A DNA stretch of 60,223 bases from a virus (IMGVR_UViG_3300033076_000509:1-60223), one strand, 5' to 3'. Positions 47,032 through 57,235 are shown, numbered from the stretch's first letter. Program-made: numbers and translations. Notes: generated by a model not told the origin, from the sequence alone.

Positions 47032-49891
47032 AGCTGTTCTTTCCGGCCTGATACGCCAACCGCAGGGCGCGATCTATCGCCCCGCCTTCGGACTTTCCTA
47101 AATCGGGGCTGTCCATCTGCGCAGGATCAAAGTTAGCAAACTGCGAACGGACCTGATGCGGCGCAAATGGGATTGCTACCGTATGCCCTTGACCGCCCAT
47201 CTTGCCGCCAGTGTCCAGAATTCCATCATGACCTAGGGCGCGGAGTTGTTCTGTCACCTTGTCGGGAATGGACGTGAACACCATCGGATTGCGACCGGCG
47301 GCAACCTCTTCCTTCAACTGCGCGACCCATTCTTTCGGCGTGAAGCGGTGGTTCTTGTCCCACATATCCGCGCCATAGGATTTGGTGCGCGTCCGGTCCC
47401 GCTTGAATGCGCGATCAAGATGCGGGATGACGACGCTCTGAAGGTATTCGCGGTTCGATGTATCCAGCGGCTTCCGCATGCGCAGCATTGCCGGCATCAC
47501 GCCCTTGGCCTCGGTCCATGGCGCATTGGATTGGTCAATCGGCGCGGGGAATCCGGCAAGTTGGTAGACCTTTGCCAGTTCGGCCTCGTTGCCGATCAAT
47601 TCGCCAGAGTCATGCCAGAGTTCGCGAAGCGCCGCGAGATGGTTCCCACGATGATGTTTCAGGATATATTCGTAATGGTCTGGGCCGGATATGCTGCCCA
47701 TCGTGCCTTCTGGGTGAAGGGTCAGTTCCCCCGTTGCTTCCTGCGGATTTTGATACCCGATACGCAATGCCCGGCGCGCAATTTCCTGCTTCACTTCCGG
47801 TGGCAGAAAATGCCACGCCCGCTCTACCGGGATTGGAGATCGACCGCTCAATCCGATGGCCTTAGGGTGGACGGTGAAGTAGTCCGATGTCTGGCCCGTA
47901 TCCGCCGCAGCAAGGGACGTATCACCCTTAGCCGTGGAATAGTTCGACGCCATCTGCGGATCATCGGTGAAGTATGGCATCGGACCAGATGTGGCACGCT
48001 TGGGGTTCAAGCGCCCCGCCTCCACCACGCGGTCAATCCGACTTGATCCATGATACCACGGGCCGGTGAAGCCCATTTCCTTCGCACGAGCCATGCGATC
48101 TTGATAGGCGCGGGATAGTTTCATGGCCTTCTCAACGCCACCGCCATCCGCAAACCCAAAGATATGCGCGGGGTCAAACACGTAGCCGGGGGCTATCTCG
48201 CCGCCGTCTGCGCGATGGACGGGGCCGCCACGCCATTCCCCATCGCCCCCACCGCCACCTTCGCTTTCTCCACCGCCCCCACCGTCACTGTCGGAACCGC
48301 CCGCATCGGATTCGGCAGCGCCGCCCATATCAGCGCCGGGACCGCCCATGTCGCCGCCATACATGCCGCCGGGGTCATTGCCAGTGCCCGACACGCCAGC
48401 GCCAGCCATGCCCATGCCGCTGTCCATGCCGCCGAAGCCACCCGCGTCGGAGCCGCTATCAACGTCCGCGTCCTTCGTCCCCGGCTCACCCAGCATCCCG
48501 GCGAACCCGGCCTTGTCCGCGCCCTTGTCGCTGGCACTGTCGGCATTGCCGCTCAGGGCATGTGGATCGGTTGAACCACGGAAGCCCAGCGCATTGAGGC
48601 CCATGCCGGCCAGTGACGTTGCCAACCCCGCCGGACCCGTAGCCAGACCAGCTAGAGACGCGCCGACAAAGCCGGGGCTCATTTGCTGGCCCGTGGCCAT
48701 GCCGTAGCCCATGCCCAGCGCGCCAGGCGACATGCCAATGCCACCCGGACCCGTAACGCCGCCCTGCCCAATCTCGCCGGCATAGGAGCCTGTGGACGTG
48801 GACTGGCCTGGTCCTTGAGACGCACCAGCACCGCCGGGGAACGCACCGCTATTGTCTGTCGGCGGAAACGTCGCTGCGGTCGTCGCGGGCGTGTTGAGCG
48901 GTTCCGTGGTCGGCATGCGGTTGGGGCGGTCGCGCATCGGCCAGCCGTTTGGCCCGCGCGTGACGTTCCCGCCACCCATGCCACCCGTGCCCGTTCCCGG
49001 CGTGGCAGGCGTGCCCGTGACTGGCGGCGGCGTGTGGATCGGATACGTGGAAGCCGGCGCCCAACTGTCGGCACCACCCATGGCCCATGTCGGGCTCGTC
49101 GGCGGGCGCCACGCGGCTAGGGTCTGTGGGTCGAACGCGGGCAGACCGCCGAGGGCGAACGCCTTTCGCATCGCACCATCGCCCATCGCCAGTTCCTGCA
49201 ATCGCGCGATGCCCGGCCCCGGCGGCGGAAGTTTGGGAATGGAAGCGCGCCCGCCTCTCTTTCTCAACAAATCCGAGGAATTGTCATCGGGCTCGAATGA
49301 CGCGTGAGAACTACGAATATTCTTCGGATCAAATACAACAATAGATGGGCTTTGACTAGAAACCGACGCGGCACGCCCGCCGGGTAGGACTGCCCCATAT
49401 TTGGCGTTGTATTTGATTCCATCATACCCCGCAGAGCGAATTATTCTTTCAGCCTTAGGGCGTCCAACGGAGTCAATGTAACTATGCAAAGGAGGTGCCG
49501 ATTTATTGCCGTTCCCGTCATCGCTCCAGTATGGCTTTCGTCCAGTTCCCTTTAAAAGTTGATCCAGAATTTTATGCTCATCAGAGCCATGCTTGACCAA
49601 CTGCGTGGCGTCTAAGAATTTGCCGCGCGCATAGACAGGCAAAATATTACCGCCCGGCTTTGATGCATATAGGCTAGCGAAGTCCGGGTTTTCCGCCAAA
49701 TGCACGCCAGCCAACCCCATCGTCTCATCGCGGGGAGCACGCTTGGCTGAGAATTCCTCTATAGGAACATTGGTCCCGTGATACAGTTTTTTACTTGTAT
49801 CAAAGCCCAAAGCATTGGCTTTCGCCACCATCATCGCGCGGCGAATGTCCTTGGCGTTACTCTTGGCCACCAGCACCCTCCGCATGATCAC
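47015..49891 (-). CDS. polyvalent protein with two ADP-ribosyltransferase-like (ART-PolyVal-type) domains
   Basis: LYHGT...A..YA...GYDGI...VVFDPKNIRS and WYHGS...YFTDDP..AS.Y...GHDGI...F.P.QVRS. Confidence 0.7.
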   Translation of the reverse strand: MIMRRVLVAKSNAKDIRRAMMVAKANALGFDTSKKLYHGTNVPIEEFSAKRAPRDETMGLAGVHLAENPDFASLYASKPGGNILPVYARGKFLDATQLVKHGSDEHKILDQLLKGTGRKPYWSDDGNGNKSAPPLHSYIDSVGRPKAERIIRSAGYDGIKYNAKYGAVLPGGRAASVSSQSPSIVVFDPKNIRSSHASFEPDDNSSDLLRKRGGRASIPKLPPPGPGIARLQELAMGDGAMRKAFALGGLPAFDPQTLAAWRPPTSPTWAMGGADSWAPASTYPIHTPPPVTGTPATPGTGTGGMGGGNVTRGPNGWPMRDRPNRMPTTEPLNTPATTAATFPPTDNSGAFPGGAGASQGPGQSTSTGSYAGEIGQGGVTGPGGIGMSPGALGMGYGMATGQQMSPGFVGASLAGLATGPAGLATSLAGMGLNALGFRGSTDPHALSGNADSASDKGADKAGFAGMLGEPGTKDADVDSGSDAGGFGGMDSGMGMAGAGVSGTGNDPGGMYGGDMGGPGADMGGAAESDAGGSDSDGGGGGESEGGGGGDGEWRGGPVHRADGGEIAPGYVFDPAHIFGFADGGGVEKAMKLSRAYQDRMARAKEMGFTGPWYHGSSRIDRVVEAGRLNPKRATSGPMPYFTDDPQMASNYSTAKGDTSLAAADTGQTSDYFTVHPKAIGLSGRSPIPVERAWHFLPPEVKQEIARRALRIGYQNPQEATGELTLHPEGTMGSISGPDHYEYILKHHRGNHLAALRELWHDSGELIGNEAELAKVYQLAGFPAPIDQSNAPWTEAKGVMPAMLRMRKPLDTSNREYLQSVVIPHLDRAFKRDRTRTKSYGADMWDKNHRFTPKEWVAQLKEEVAAGRNPMVFTSIPDKVTEQLRALGHDGILDTGGKMGGQGHTVAIPFAPHQVRSQFANFDPAQMDSPDLGKSEGGAIDRALRLAYQAGKNSYVPSR

Positions 49892-52154
49892 CCGCCACCC
49901 GCAGCACGTCCGGGAACAAGCCCGCGTTCTCCGGATGGGACAGCACGTCGCCGGCCAGTTTCATCAGTTCCAGATGCTCACGGGAACGCCGGTCAAGATC
50001 GCGGTTCCGATCTTCCACCGCCGCCTGCGCAGCCCGCACATCGACCTCACGGGCCTTGGTATGAACCGCCGCCAACTTGGCCTGCGCCTCGATCATGTCC
50101 GCCTGCGTGTCGCCCCTGTCGTCCGGCGCCAGCCCCATCTTGTGCTGGACCTCGGCAGCCTTGACCGCAACCGCCTTCTCGCGCGTGTTCGCGTCCTGCT
50201 TCTCGATCTGAATCTTGGCAATCTTTTCCTGCATCTCGGGCGGCGGCGCACCGAGGCTCGACGGCGGAGCCATGAACTGTTCGGGGTTCGCGTAGCCCAT
50301 CTGTTCAATGATCAGCCGATAGATGGCAATGGGATCGAACATCGACGGGTTGGACTGGTAAAGCTGGAACAGCGCCGTCAGCTTTGCCACCCGCTGTGTA
50401 TGGCTGGCCGTGTTCGGGTCCGCCTGCGGGACAAGGTTGGCGTCCTCCAACGCAGTCAGGAACGTCTTTTCGTCCCACTCATACGAAGGCCGGTTCAACT
50501 TCTGCCAGAACGATTCCGGGTTCTCCTTGAACACCCGCGCCAGCAACTGGAACTCCAACGCCTGCGACGCGTGCATGCGCTTGTGGACCGCGTTCATCAC
50601 CTTTGTGGCCTGGTCCAGCATCGCCAGCGTCGTGCCCACGGGGGCATCTGCGCGCCCCTCGCCAACCTGTAGCTCGGACGTGCCGCCAATCCGCATGCCC
50701 GTGGTGGCGATTTCCTGCCCCAGAGACTGCAACGCAGCCTGCCCGGACGTGTTGTAGGGCATCGGCATGACCGCCTGATTGATCGGCAAGCCGCCCGTCT
50801 TGACCAGCGCACCGCCGCCCGGCGGCACACGGAAAATGGTTGTATTCTGCCGCGCCCCACTGTCCGCAATGAGAAAGCCGGGGAAGTTGGCATACATGCC
50901 GTTGTCCAGCATTTCCCGCCAAGCCGCCGTCAACGCATTGGTCGTGTTGCCCAAAATGTGAAGCAAACCAATGTCGTAGAAGCCCATACCCGGCGTGAAC
51001 GTGTATTTCACGAAGGACTGCCGGGCAATCGGCAAATCCTCGGTTTCCTTGTCGTAGTTCCGAACAATGGACAAAATCTCACGCGAAGATACGTCTATCG
51101 TGACGATATATGGAATCTCAAGACCCGTGCTTTTGCCCTTCAGGGTGTGTTCAAAGCCCTGAATGTCCAGTTCGCAATAGCATTCGTAGATTTCCCGGTC
51201 CCGATCCAGCGGATTTTTGGGATCGTTCGCAATGCCCTGCTGGGAATTCTTCTCATCCCGCACCGCGTCATGCTTTGGTGCCTGCGGGGTGGACAGATCA
51301 ATATCCCGATACACGCCGAGGATTTGCAGCCGCTTGACCGTGGATGGCCGCATCAGAACCCGGTGCGTCACCCGCTTGGCGTTCTGCAAGTCCGTCGCCG
51401 CGTTGTTGACAATCAGGTCGTCGGCATCCACCGTCTCAGAAACTGGACGGTTCCGCAGCGGGCAGTAATAGACCTTCTTGAACGCCGTGCCCCCAAACCC
51501 GAGCATCAGCAGCATCCGGTCAGTGTCCGGATAGTATTCCGGCGCCCCCACCGTCAGGTAGTGGTTGAAGTCCTTTTCCAGCGCGTCGCCCATCCGGTCT
51601 TGATCGACCGTGCCGGTGTTGCTGTCGTTCCTGATCTTGACCGGCCCGTCCGTGGGCAGCAGTTCCGACCGCGCGTTGGCCTGAAACCGCAGCACCGCTT
51701 CCAGCAACAGCGGATGCCGCACGCGGCTCATGCCCTCTACCGGCGCCGCGTCACCACCGCTGGTGATGCCGGGAATCTCAATCTTGAGCCCCAGCAGCTT
51801 GATGCCCTGCGCCCGGTCCTCGATCCAGTCCTGCCGGCTTTCAAGGTCGTCATTGACACCGCGCAGCAATTCCTCGCTGATCCGCGACAGTTCGCCCGCG
51901 TCAATGTCGTCTACAAGATTGGAAAACCACGTCTTTTCGGAAGTCTTGTCCGATGAACCAATCGGGCGCCCATCCAGCGAGACGCTGATTGACCCGTCAC
52001 CGTGTTCAATCCGCAGGATGTTGCCGTGTTCGTCGACATCAGGCGCGTCGCCGCCATCTTCTACAATGACTTCAATGGGTTCTTCGTCATTGGTCGCGCC
52101 AAGAGGTGGCTGATCAAGCCTGATGTTCGGGTTTAGCCCCAACGCAGCCGACAT
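49857..52154 (-). CDS. portal protein
   Basis: 765 aa; HPLLLEAV.RFQA.A..ELLP..GPVK, GTAFKKVY, PGMGFYDIGL. Confidence 0.88.
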   Translation of the reverse strand: MSAALGLNPNIRLDQPPLGATNDEEPIEVIVEDGGDAPDVDEHGNILRIEHGDGSISVSLDGRPIGSSDKTSEKTWFSNLVDDIDAGELSRISEELLRGVNDDLESRQDWIEDRAQGIKLLGLKIEIPGITSGGDAAPVEGMSRVRHPLLLEAVLRFQANARSELLPTDGPVKIRNDSNTGTVDQDRMGDALEKDFNHYLTVGAPEYYPDTDRMLLMLGFGGTAFKKVYYCPLRNRPVSETVDADDLIVNNAATDLQNAKRVTHRVLMRPSTVKRLQILGVYRDIDLSTPQAPKHDAVRDEKNSQQGIANDPKNPLDRDREIYECYCELDIQGFEHTLKGKSTGLEIPYIVTIDVSSREILSIVRNYDKETEDLPIARQSFVKYTFTPGMGFYDIGLLHILGNTTNALTAAWREMLDNGMYANFPGFLIADSGARQNTTIFRVPPGGGALVKTGGLPINQAVMPMPYNTSGQAALQSLGQEIATTGMRIGGTSELQVGEGRADAPVGTTLAMLDQATKVMNAVHKRMHASQALEFQLLARVFKENPESFWQKLNRPSYEWDEKTFLTALEDANLVPQADPNTASHTQRVAKLTALFQLYQSNPSMFDPIAIYRLIIEQMGYANPEQFMAPPSSLGAPPPEMQEKIAKIQIEKQDANTREKAVAVKAAEVQHKMGLAPDDRGDTQADMIEAQAKLAAVHTKAREVDVRAAQAAVEDRNRDLDRRSREHLELMKLAGDVLSHPENAGLFPDVLRVAGDHAEGAGGQE

Positions 52155-52374
52155 CCACTGACTCCTCAGTGGCGCGTTCTGCCAGGAACCGCCCTAGACC
52201 TTCCCTTGCGGCTGCGTCTTCGCTGTCCGCACGGATGGAATACTCCATCCTATCACGGTCGTTGTCGCAATTCCATACCGTTACACGCCAGTAGCCGGGC
52301 GCCCATGACGGGTCCACGATGGCATTGAGCCGTGGGATTTCGCCAGTCGTCTGTGGAGTGGGGAACTTGGTCAT
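52114..52374 (-). CDS. hypothetical protein
   Basis: ORF between terminase and portal. Confidence 0.55.
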   Translation of the reverse strand: MTKFPTPQTTGEIPRLNAIVDPSWAPGYWRVTVWNCDNDRDRMEYSIRADSEDAAAREGLGRFLAERATEESVDVGCVGAKPEHQA

Positions 52375-52386
52375 GGCCCCTTATAG

Positions 52387-52423
52387 CAGAAACCCCGGCC
52401 ATTGCTGACCGGGGCTTCTCTTC
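52387..52423. terminator. hairpin terminator
   Basis: AGAAACCCCGG...CCGGGGCTTCT. Confidence 0.5.
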
Positions 52424-52442
52424 TGCGGGCCGGCCTGAGAGG

Positions 52443-52781
52443 TTACGCCGTGGGCGGGTTCGGGTTCGGACGCGTCACCACGTTGGCGAGGTCAAAGCCG
52501 ACAGTCGCGGCAGGACCAGGCGCCGGCATGCTGACCACCACGTCCAGCGTCGCACCGAGGGACGGCACGGACGCACTGCCAACGGTCACGGTAGCGCCGC
52601 CGACCAGCGCGCCAGCCGCCACGGTGGCGATCTTGAAGTCCGCCGACAGGACCGCGATCACGGACGCATCGGATGACGCGATGGACATATCCGCTGGGAT
52701 GTCCGTAGTCACGCGGCCATCGGCGTCGAGGTAGATCAATTGGATGTCGGCAAGCAGGTTGTTGATGAGATTATAGGCCAT
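52443..52781 (-). CDS. Ig-like small protein
   Basis: AGGAGG RBS; ASSDASV...GGATVTV. Confidence 0.55.
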   Translation of the reverse strand: MAYNLINNLLADIQLIYLDADGRVTTDIPADMSIASSDASVIAVLSADFKIATVAAGALVGGATVTVGSASVPSLGATLDVVVSMPAPGPAATVGFDLANVVTRPNPNPPTA

Positions 52782-52989
52782 GAACGGGGAACCTCCTACG
52801 CGGGGTCGAAGTTGGGGGACATCAAAGCGGACGGAACGCGCTGGGCCGGCATGGCAACACAGCCAGCGGCACAGCCATTGCCGGAACCACCAGAATAGCA
52901 TCGGCATCTCCCTTCCGGGTCCAGCCAATATAGCGCCCCCGGACCGGAGTTGAAAGGCGTGTCATGGAACGGTGATATTCAACCGACGG

Positions 52990-54615
52990 TCACGCGGGAT
53001 ACAACGGCACATCAGCCCCCATAGGCCGCGACCGTTCGTCGTCCATCTCCGCAAGTCGCTCGGGCGCGCGCTGGAGCATGCCGATCATGCGCAGGTGCTG
53101 CAACGCCTGTGAGCACGTGTCCACGAGGTCGTCGTTCCGCCCCTTTGGGAACACCGCAACCTGCGTGATGACCATATCGGCCCACGACCGATCCGGCGCG
53201 TAGACCATGCCCTCAAAGAACAGATGCTGCACCGAATACAGCCGCGCCAACTTATCCTGCGCCTTCGGATCCACAAGTTGCACGCCCCATTGATCGTGTC
53301 CGAACAGCCGCCGAATCTCCTGCGCCACGCTAATGCCGGCTGCCTTGTTCTCGATCAGCAGCTTGTCCACCTTCATGGCCTTGCACGTGTCGGCCACCTT
53401 CTTGACCAGCGCGTGCAGTTCCAGCCGTTCCTGCCAGGCGTTCATCAGCATCACCCGTGGCGAGCCCTGTTCATATTCCCGCTCGATGACCTCCATACGC
53501 CCGCGCACGCCCGCCGAGTGCGTCGCCTGCGCCTTGTAGTCCCCCGAGAACACGCCCCACACGGTCAGGGCGGAATAGTCGTTCTCCTGCTTCAGCGTGT
53601 AGGCGGTATCCAGCGACGCAATGATGTAGTCGAACGGCGGGTAGCTATCTTCGGGCCACAGTTGCCACGTGTCGCGCGGCACCACGCCACCACCTTTGAC
53701 CTCGGGCCTCTGCTGGAGTTGCCCAGCCGCAGCGAACGGCCCCAACGCACGCTCAAGCCCCGCAACCTCGTCCTCGCCAAATCGTTCTGGCCATAGCAGT
53801 TCCCCTTCTTCCTCGCGCGGGTCCTGCCAGCCGATGGACGTGATGAATGACCGATCCCGTTCAAACCGCATGGGCAACACAAGATGCGTCCACTCGCCTG
53901 CGTTCTTGCTCAGGATGTGCCCGGTTAAATCATCCTCGGCCAACCGTTGCTGCACGATCACGAACGCGCCGGTCTTTGGGTCGTTGTGCCGCGTGGACAT
54001 GGTGCTGTCCCACCAATCCTTCGTGGCCTCGATCGTTGCCTCTGAGAAGGCTTCCGAAGCCGAATTGGGATCGTCACAAACTATGATGGCGCCGCCTTCG
54101 CCAGTGACCCCCGCGCCGATAGACGTGATCAACCGCTCGCCGCCCGCCGTGTTCTGGAACCGCGTCTTCTGGTTCTGGTCCGCCGCGAACTGGACACGGT
54201 GCCCCCAATACGTCTGATAGAACGGGCTTTCGATCAGGCGCCGGCACTTCACACTATCGCGCAGGCTCAACCGCATGTCGTAAGACGCGTGCAGGAACGG
54301 CACTGAAGGCCCGCTGGTAGGTCCATCGTATCTCTGCGCCCAAACCCACGCGGGGAATGCCACGCTGATCAGGCTGGACTTGGCGCAGCGCGGGGGGATG
54401 TTCACGATCAAGCGCCGTATCTGGCCGTCGCACACGGCTTCAAGGTGCTCGGCCACGGCCTCCATGACCCAGCCATCGGTCCACGGCGCAGGGTCGATGT
54501 AGCGCCACGCATTGCGGAGGAAGACATAGAGCGACTCCTCCATGTCCATGCGGTCCAACTCGCGCAGGGACGCGTCAACGTCGATGATCTGGTTGGGGAG
54601 GCGGAGGAGGGTCAT
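52990..54615 (-). CDS. terL: terminase large subunit
   Basis: NIPPRCAKS Walker A, IVCDDP Walker B, SLDTA, LIENKAAG and NDDLVD nuclease motifs. Confidence 0.95.
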   Translation of the reverse strand: MTLLRLPNQIIDVDASLRELDRMDMEESLYVFLRNAWRYIDPAPWTDGWVMEAVAEHLEAVCDGQIRRLIVNIPPRCAKSSLISVAFPAWVWAQRYDGPTSGPSVPFLHASYDMRLSLRDSVKCRRLIESPFYQTYWGHRVQFAADQNQKTRFQNTAGGERLITSIGAGVTGEGGAIIVCDDPNSASEAFSEATIEATKDWWDSTMSTRHNDPKTGAFVIVQQRLAEDDLTGHILSKNAGEWTHLVLPMRFERDRSFITSIGWQDPREEEGELLWPERFGEDEVAGLERALGPFAAAGQLQQRPEVKGGGVVPRDTWQLWPEDSYPPFDYIIASLDTAYTLKQENDYSALTVWGVFSGDYKAQATHSAGVRGRMEVIEREYEQGSPRVMLMNAWQERLELHALVKKVADTCKAMKVDKLLIENKAAGISVAQEIRRLFGHDQWGVQLVDPKAQDKLARLYSVQHLFFEGMVYAPDRSWADMVITQVAVFPKGRNDDLVDTCSQALQHLRMIGMLQRAPERLAEMDDERSRPMGADVPLYPA

Positions 54616-54627
54616 TCTCTGCCGCCA

Positions 54628-54843
54628 TCAAGTCGGCGACATTTTTACAACACCGTGACGCGTCATGGGCGTCTTATCGACAACGGCTCGGATACCTCCC
54701 AGCATCCATTGCCGTGCGTCTTCTGTTCCCCACGGATAAGGACAGAGCGGCTGATGGGGCGACAGCGCCGCTTCATATCCTTCGCGGTAAGGCCCAGCGG
54801 GAAGGCCGCCCGAGGTGTTCTTCTTCATGGCCACAACCCCCAC
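54628..54843 (-). CDS. small Rmf-like-motif protein
   Basis: YREGYEAA...CPY...WMLG. Confidence 0.5.
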   Translation of the reverse strand: MGVVAMKKNTSGGLPAGPYREGYEAALSPHQPLCPYPWGTEDARQWMLGGIRAVVDKTPMTRHGVVKMSPT

Positions 54844-55022
54844 GCCCCATAGGCCGCCAGAAAGCCCGCAGCGGCCATTACGAATGGCGGGGCCACCTCG
54901 CTAGGCTCGCGCCAGTCCAGACGGAACGGCAGCGACACGCTCGCCGCGAACACCAGCCCGAACGCTACGCACCAGAGGAAGAACGACGCACTGCCGGCAA
55001 AGAAGTTGGCTATGTGCTGCAT
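54825..55022 (-). CDS. small two-TM membrane protein
   Basis: Two hydrophobic helices. Confidence 0.55.
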   Translation of the reverse strand: MQHIANFFAGSASFFLWCVAFGLVFAASVSLPFRLDWREPSEVAPPFVMAAAGFLAAYGAWGLWP

Positions 55023-55023
55023 G

Positions 55024-55320
55024 TCACCCCTTCTTGATCCCGTGCCGCTTGATCAGATGATCAGCCAACCGCATGCCAGGCGGCATCACCGTGATGATAA
55101 CACAATCCACCGGGCAGTAGACCACGGAAACTTCCCGCCCTGCCAACGCCACGCGCCATCGCTCACGACCGTCTGGCAGCTTCGCCTGCATCACGGCGGC
55201 GGCCCGGCTGCCAGAGATCGTGTCCACGATGTCCAGAACCACCTGCCCCCAATCGCTATCGCACGGGACGAAGCCGAGACGGTCCTTGGCGCGGGCAACG
55301 GCATGATAGGTGGCGAGCAT
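55024..55320 (-). CDS. hypothetical protein, possible RelE-like fold
   Basis: TYHAVARAKDRLG...VVYCP...IITVMP. Confidence 0.55.
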   Translation of the reverse strand: MLATYHAVARAKDRLGFVPCDSDWGQVVLDIVDTISGSRAAAVMQAKLPDGRERWRVALAGREVSVVYCPVDCVIITVMPPGMRLADHLIKRHGIKKG

Positions 55321-55664
55321 TAGTCGAGCGCAGCCATCGCGGCGTGGTCGGCAATGCCAACCTCAATCATGTGGTCAACCAACTCCCGCAGCGCCTCAAC
55401 GCCAGCCGGCGTTTGCAATGACGGGAAGAGATTCACGTTCTCCGCAAAGGTCATGCCCAGAGCATAAGCTAGGCCCGTGATGACGGAGACGTGATTGGCG
55501 TCGTTGACCTTATCGTTCGCGGCCAACTCGCGCATGAACTCCCACCCGGCCTTGCGGCCCTCGTCCTCCATCATGGACTGCATGAGATCGTGGTGCGGCT
55601 GGCCGTCCAGCGCCTTCTGCGCCAGATGGACGAGGGACGGGTTGAGTGTGGCGAACCTGCTCAT
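55320..55664 (-). CDS. hypothetical protein
   Basis: Coupled ORF. Confidence 0.6.
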   Translation of the reverse strand: MSRFATLNPSLVHLAQKALDGQPHHDLMQSMMEDEGRKAGWEFMRELAANDKVNDANHVSVITGLAYALGMTFAENVNLFPSLQTPAGVEALRELVDHMIEVGIADHAAMAALD

Positions 55665-55867
55665 AAGGGAACCTTCTCGCTGGGCTTAACCCCTATCTCC
55701 GCCACCATCGTGGCCTTCATCGCGGCAATCACGGTCAGGATAGGCGTCTCCGGATGTTCCGTTATGGCCTTGACGATCAAGTCGCAGGCATCGACGCACC
55801 CTTCGACATAAGCCCGCCGATAAACGCGGTCGCCGATGTCCAAGACATTCTCCTGCGTGTAATTCAT
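55661..55867 (-). CDS. hypothetical protein
   Basis: ATGA coupling. Confidence 0.55.
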   Translation of the reverse strand: MNYTQENVLDIGDRVYRRAYVEGCVDACDLIVKAITEHPETPILTVIAAMKATMVAEIGVKPSEKVPL

Positions 55868-56151
55868 CGCGGCGCCCCCGCCTGGCCAAGGGGTGTGGAC
55901 ACAAAGTCGCCCAGCGCGTCCCGATACAGGTCCAGCAACGCCTGCTGGTTCTCAACCTCCGCCGCGTCCTTGCGCCGTTCCACGATCAACGCCCGCAGCG
56001 CCTTCACGTCGAAGCCGGCAGACTTGGCTTCCGTGTAGATGTCCTTGATGTCGGAGGTCAGCCCGCGCTTTTCCTCCTCCAACCGCTCGATGCGGTTCAC
56101 CAGGCTTTGCAGCCGTTCCTTGGCGATGCCGTTGTGTCCTGCTTCGGTCAT
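55864..56151 (-). CDS. gapR: GapR / DUF2312 nucleoid-associated protein
   Basis: RLQSLVNRIERLEEEK..L.SDIKDIYTEAKSAGFDVK.LR. Confidence 0.9.
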   Translation of the reverse strand: MTEAGHNGIAKERLQSLVNRIERLEEEKRGLTSDIKDIYTEAKSAGFDVKALRALIVERRKDAAEVENQQALLDLYRDALGDFVSTPLGQAGAPR

Positions 56152-56525
56152 GTCAGTTCCCCTTCAAACTTGGCCTTCAGGCGTTCGTATTCGGCGCGTT
56201 CATTTTCTTCCGCGATCCTCTGGGCCTCAATAGCTCGTTGACGCCTCATGTGCAGCATGAGTTCCAACTCTGCACAACGAAGCTTGAATTCGATATCCGT
56301 TTCCATCCGCTCCCACGAAATGGTGAGGTGAAGATCGCTCCCGTATTCATCGTTGCGGCCATATACGCCCAACTCGGCACCGTTGACGGTCTCTTCCGGC
56401 ACCTTGGCCAGAATGTCCTGAAGCATGGCGATCAACTTCTGCGGGGTGTCCGGGCATTCATGGCCGTGCAAAGGTATTTCGTAGGATTCGTAGATCAGTT
56501 TGCGCGGCAGTCGTTCGGTCGTCAT
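56148..56525 (-). CDS. hypothetical protein
   Basis: C-terminal ERAEYERLKAKFE; flanked by 18-bp direct repeats. Confidence 0.65.
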   Translation of the reverse strand: MTTERLPRKLIYESYEIPLHGHECPDTPQKLIAMLQDILAKVPEETVNGAELGVYGRNDEYGSDLHLTISWERMETDIEFKLRCAELELMLHMRRQRAIEAQRIAEENERAEYERLKAKFEGELT

Positions 56526-56688
56526 GTCAGTTCCCCTTGGTTGAAGTCGCGCTGCCAGCCTTGCCGCTATACCATTAAGCCGTCCGGTTTACCCATGCCG
56601 CACCGTTGAAACGTCTTGGGGCAGTGCGGTTAGGGAGGCTGGCCGTCTCACCCTTGCGCGGTCAGGTGCGAGGAGACGGCCCCCAATG

Positions 56689-56931
56689 TCATCTAGGCAC
56701 GTATGGCCGATAGTCATTCATGGGCCAGCGCATGTCATCCGGATCATATCCATTCGGGATACGCTCCAACCAACCAGCGTTCCGCCAATGGGCGAGTTCC
56801 CCCAACCAAAACCCATACTTCGGCTCTGGTTGCTTATCCCGCGCCGCATCGGCTTCAGCGTAAATACGCTCAATCTGCTTGGCGAAATAGGATGACGTGC
56901 AGGCACTAATCACGCCATGAAACCGGTCCAT
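56689..56931 (-). CDS. hypothetical protein
   Basis: AGGAGG RBS. Confidence 0.5.
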   Translation of the reverse strand: MDRFHGVISACTSSYFAKQIERIYAEADAARDKQPEPKYGFWLGELAHWRNAGWLERIPNGYDPDDMRWPMNDYRPYVPR

Positions 56932-57013
56932 CGACCATCCTCCTTTCAGTCATCAGGTGCGATCCACCATAGGAACGCGGCGGCTAGGATCGCGGCCCAC
57001 ACGCCTATGGACA

Positions 57014-57235
57014 TCACGGCGAATACTTGATTGCGCGCCCCACAGCCTCGTCACGGGCCTCGCGCTGCGGATCAGGCTTCTGGTCCTTGCCCGCGTCTGT
57101 ATCCCGCTTCCATGCGTCGGACGTGAGGTCTGGGAGCCAGTCGGGGAACGTGGGCGTGGTTGCTTGCACTACATCCGCAGCGCCGTGCCCAGACACCCCC
57201 GCCATGAAGCCGGGCACCTTATACGGAAGTCCCAT
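57014..57235 (-). CDS. hypothetical protein
   Basis: Purine-rich RBS. Confidence 0.45.
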   Translation of the reverse strand: MGLPYKVPGFMAGVSGHGAADVVQATTPTFPDWLPDLTSDAWKRDTDAGKDQKPDPQREARDEAVGRAIKYSP

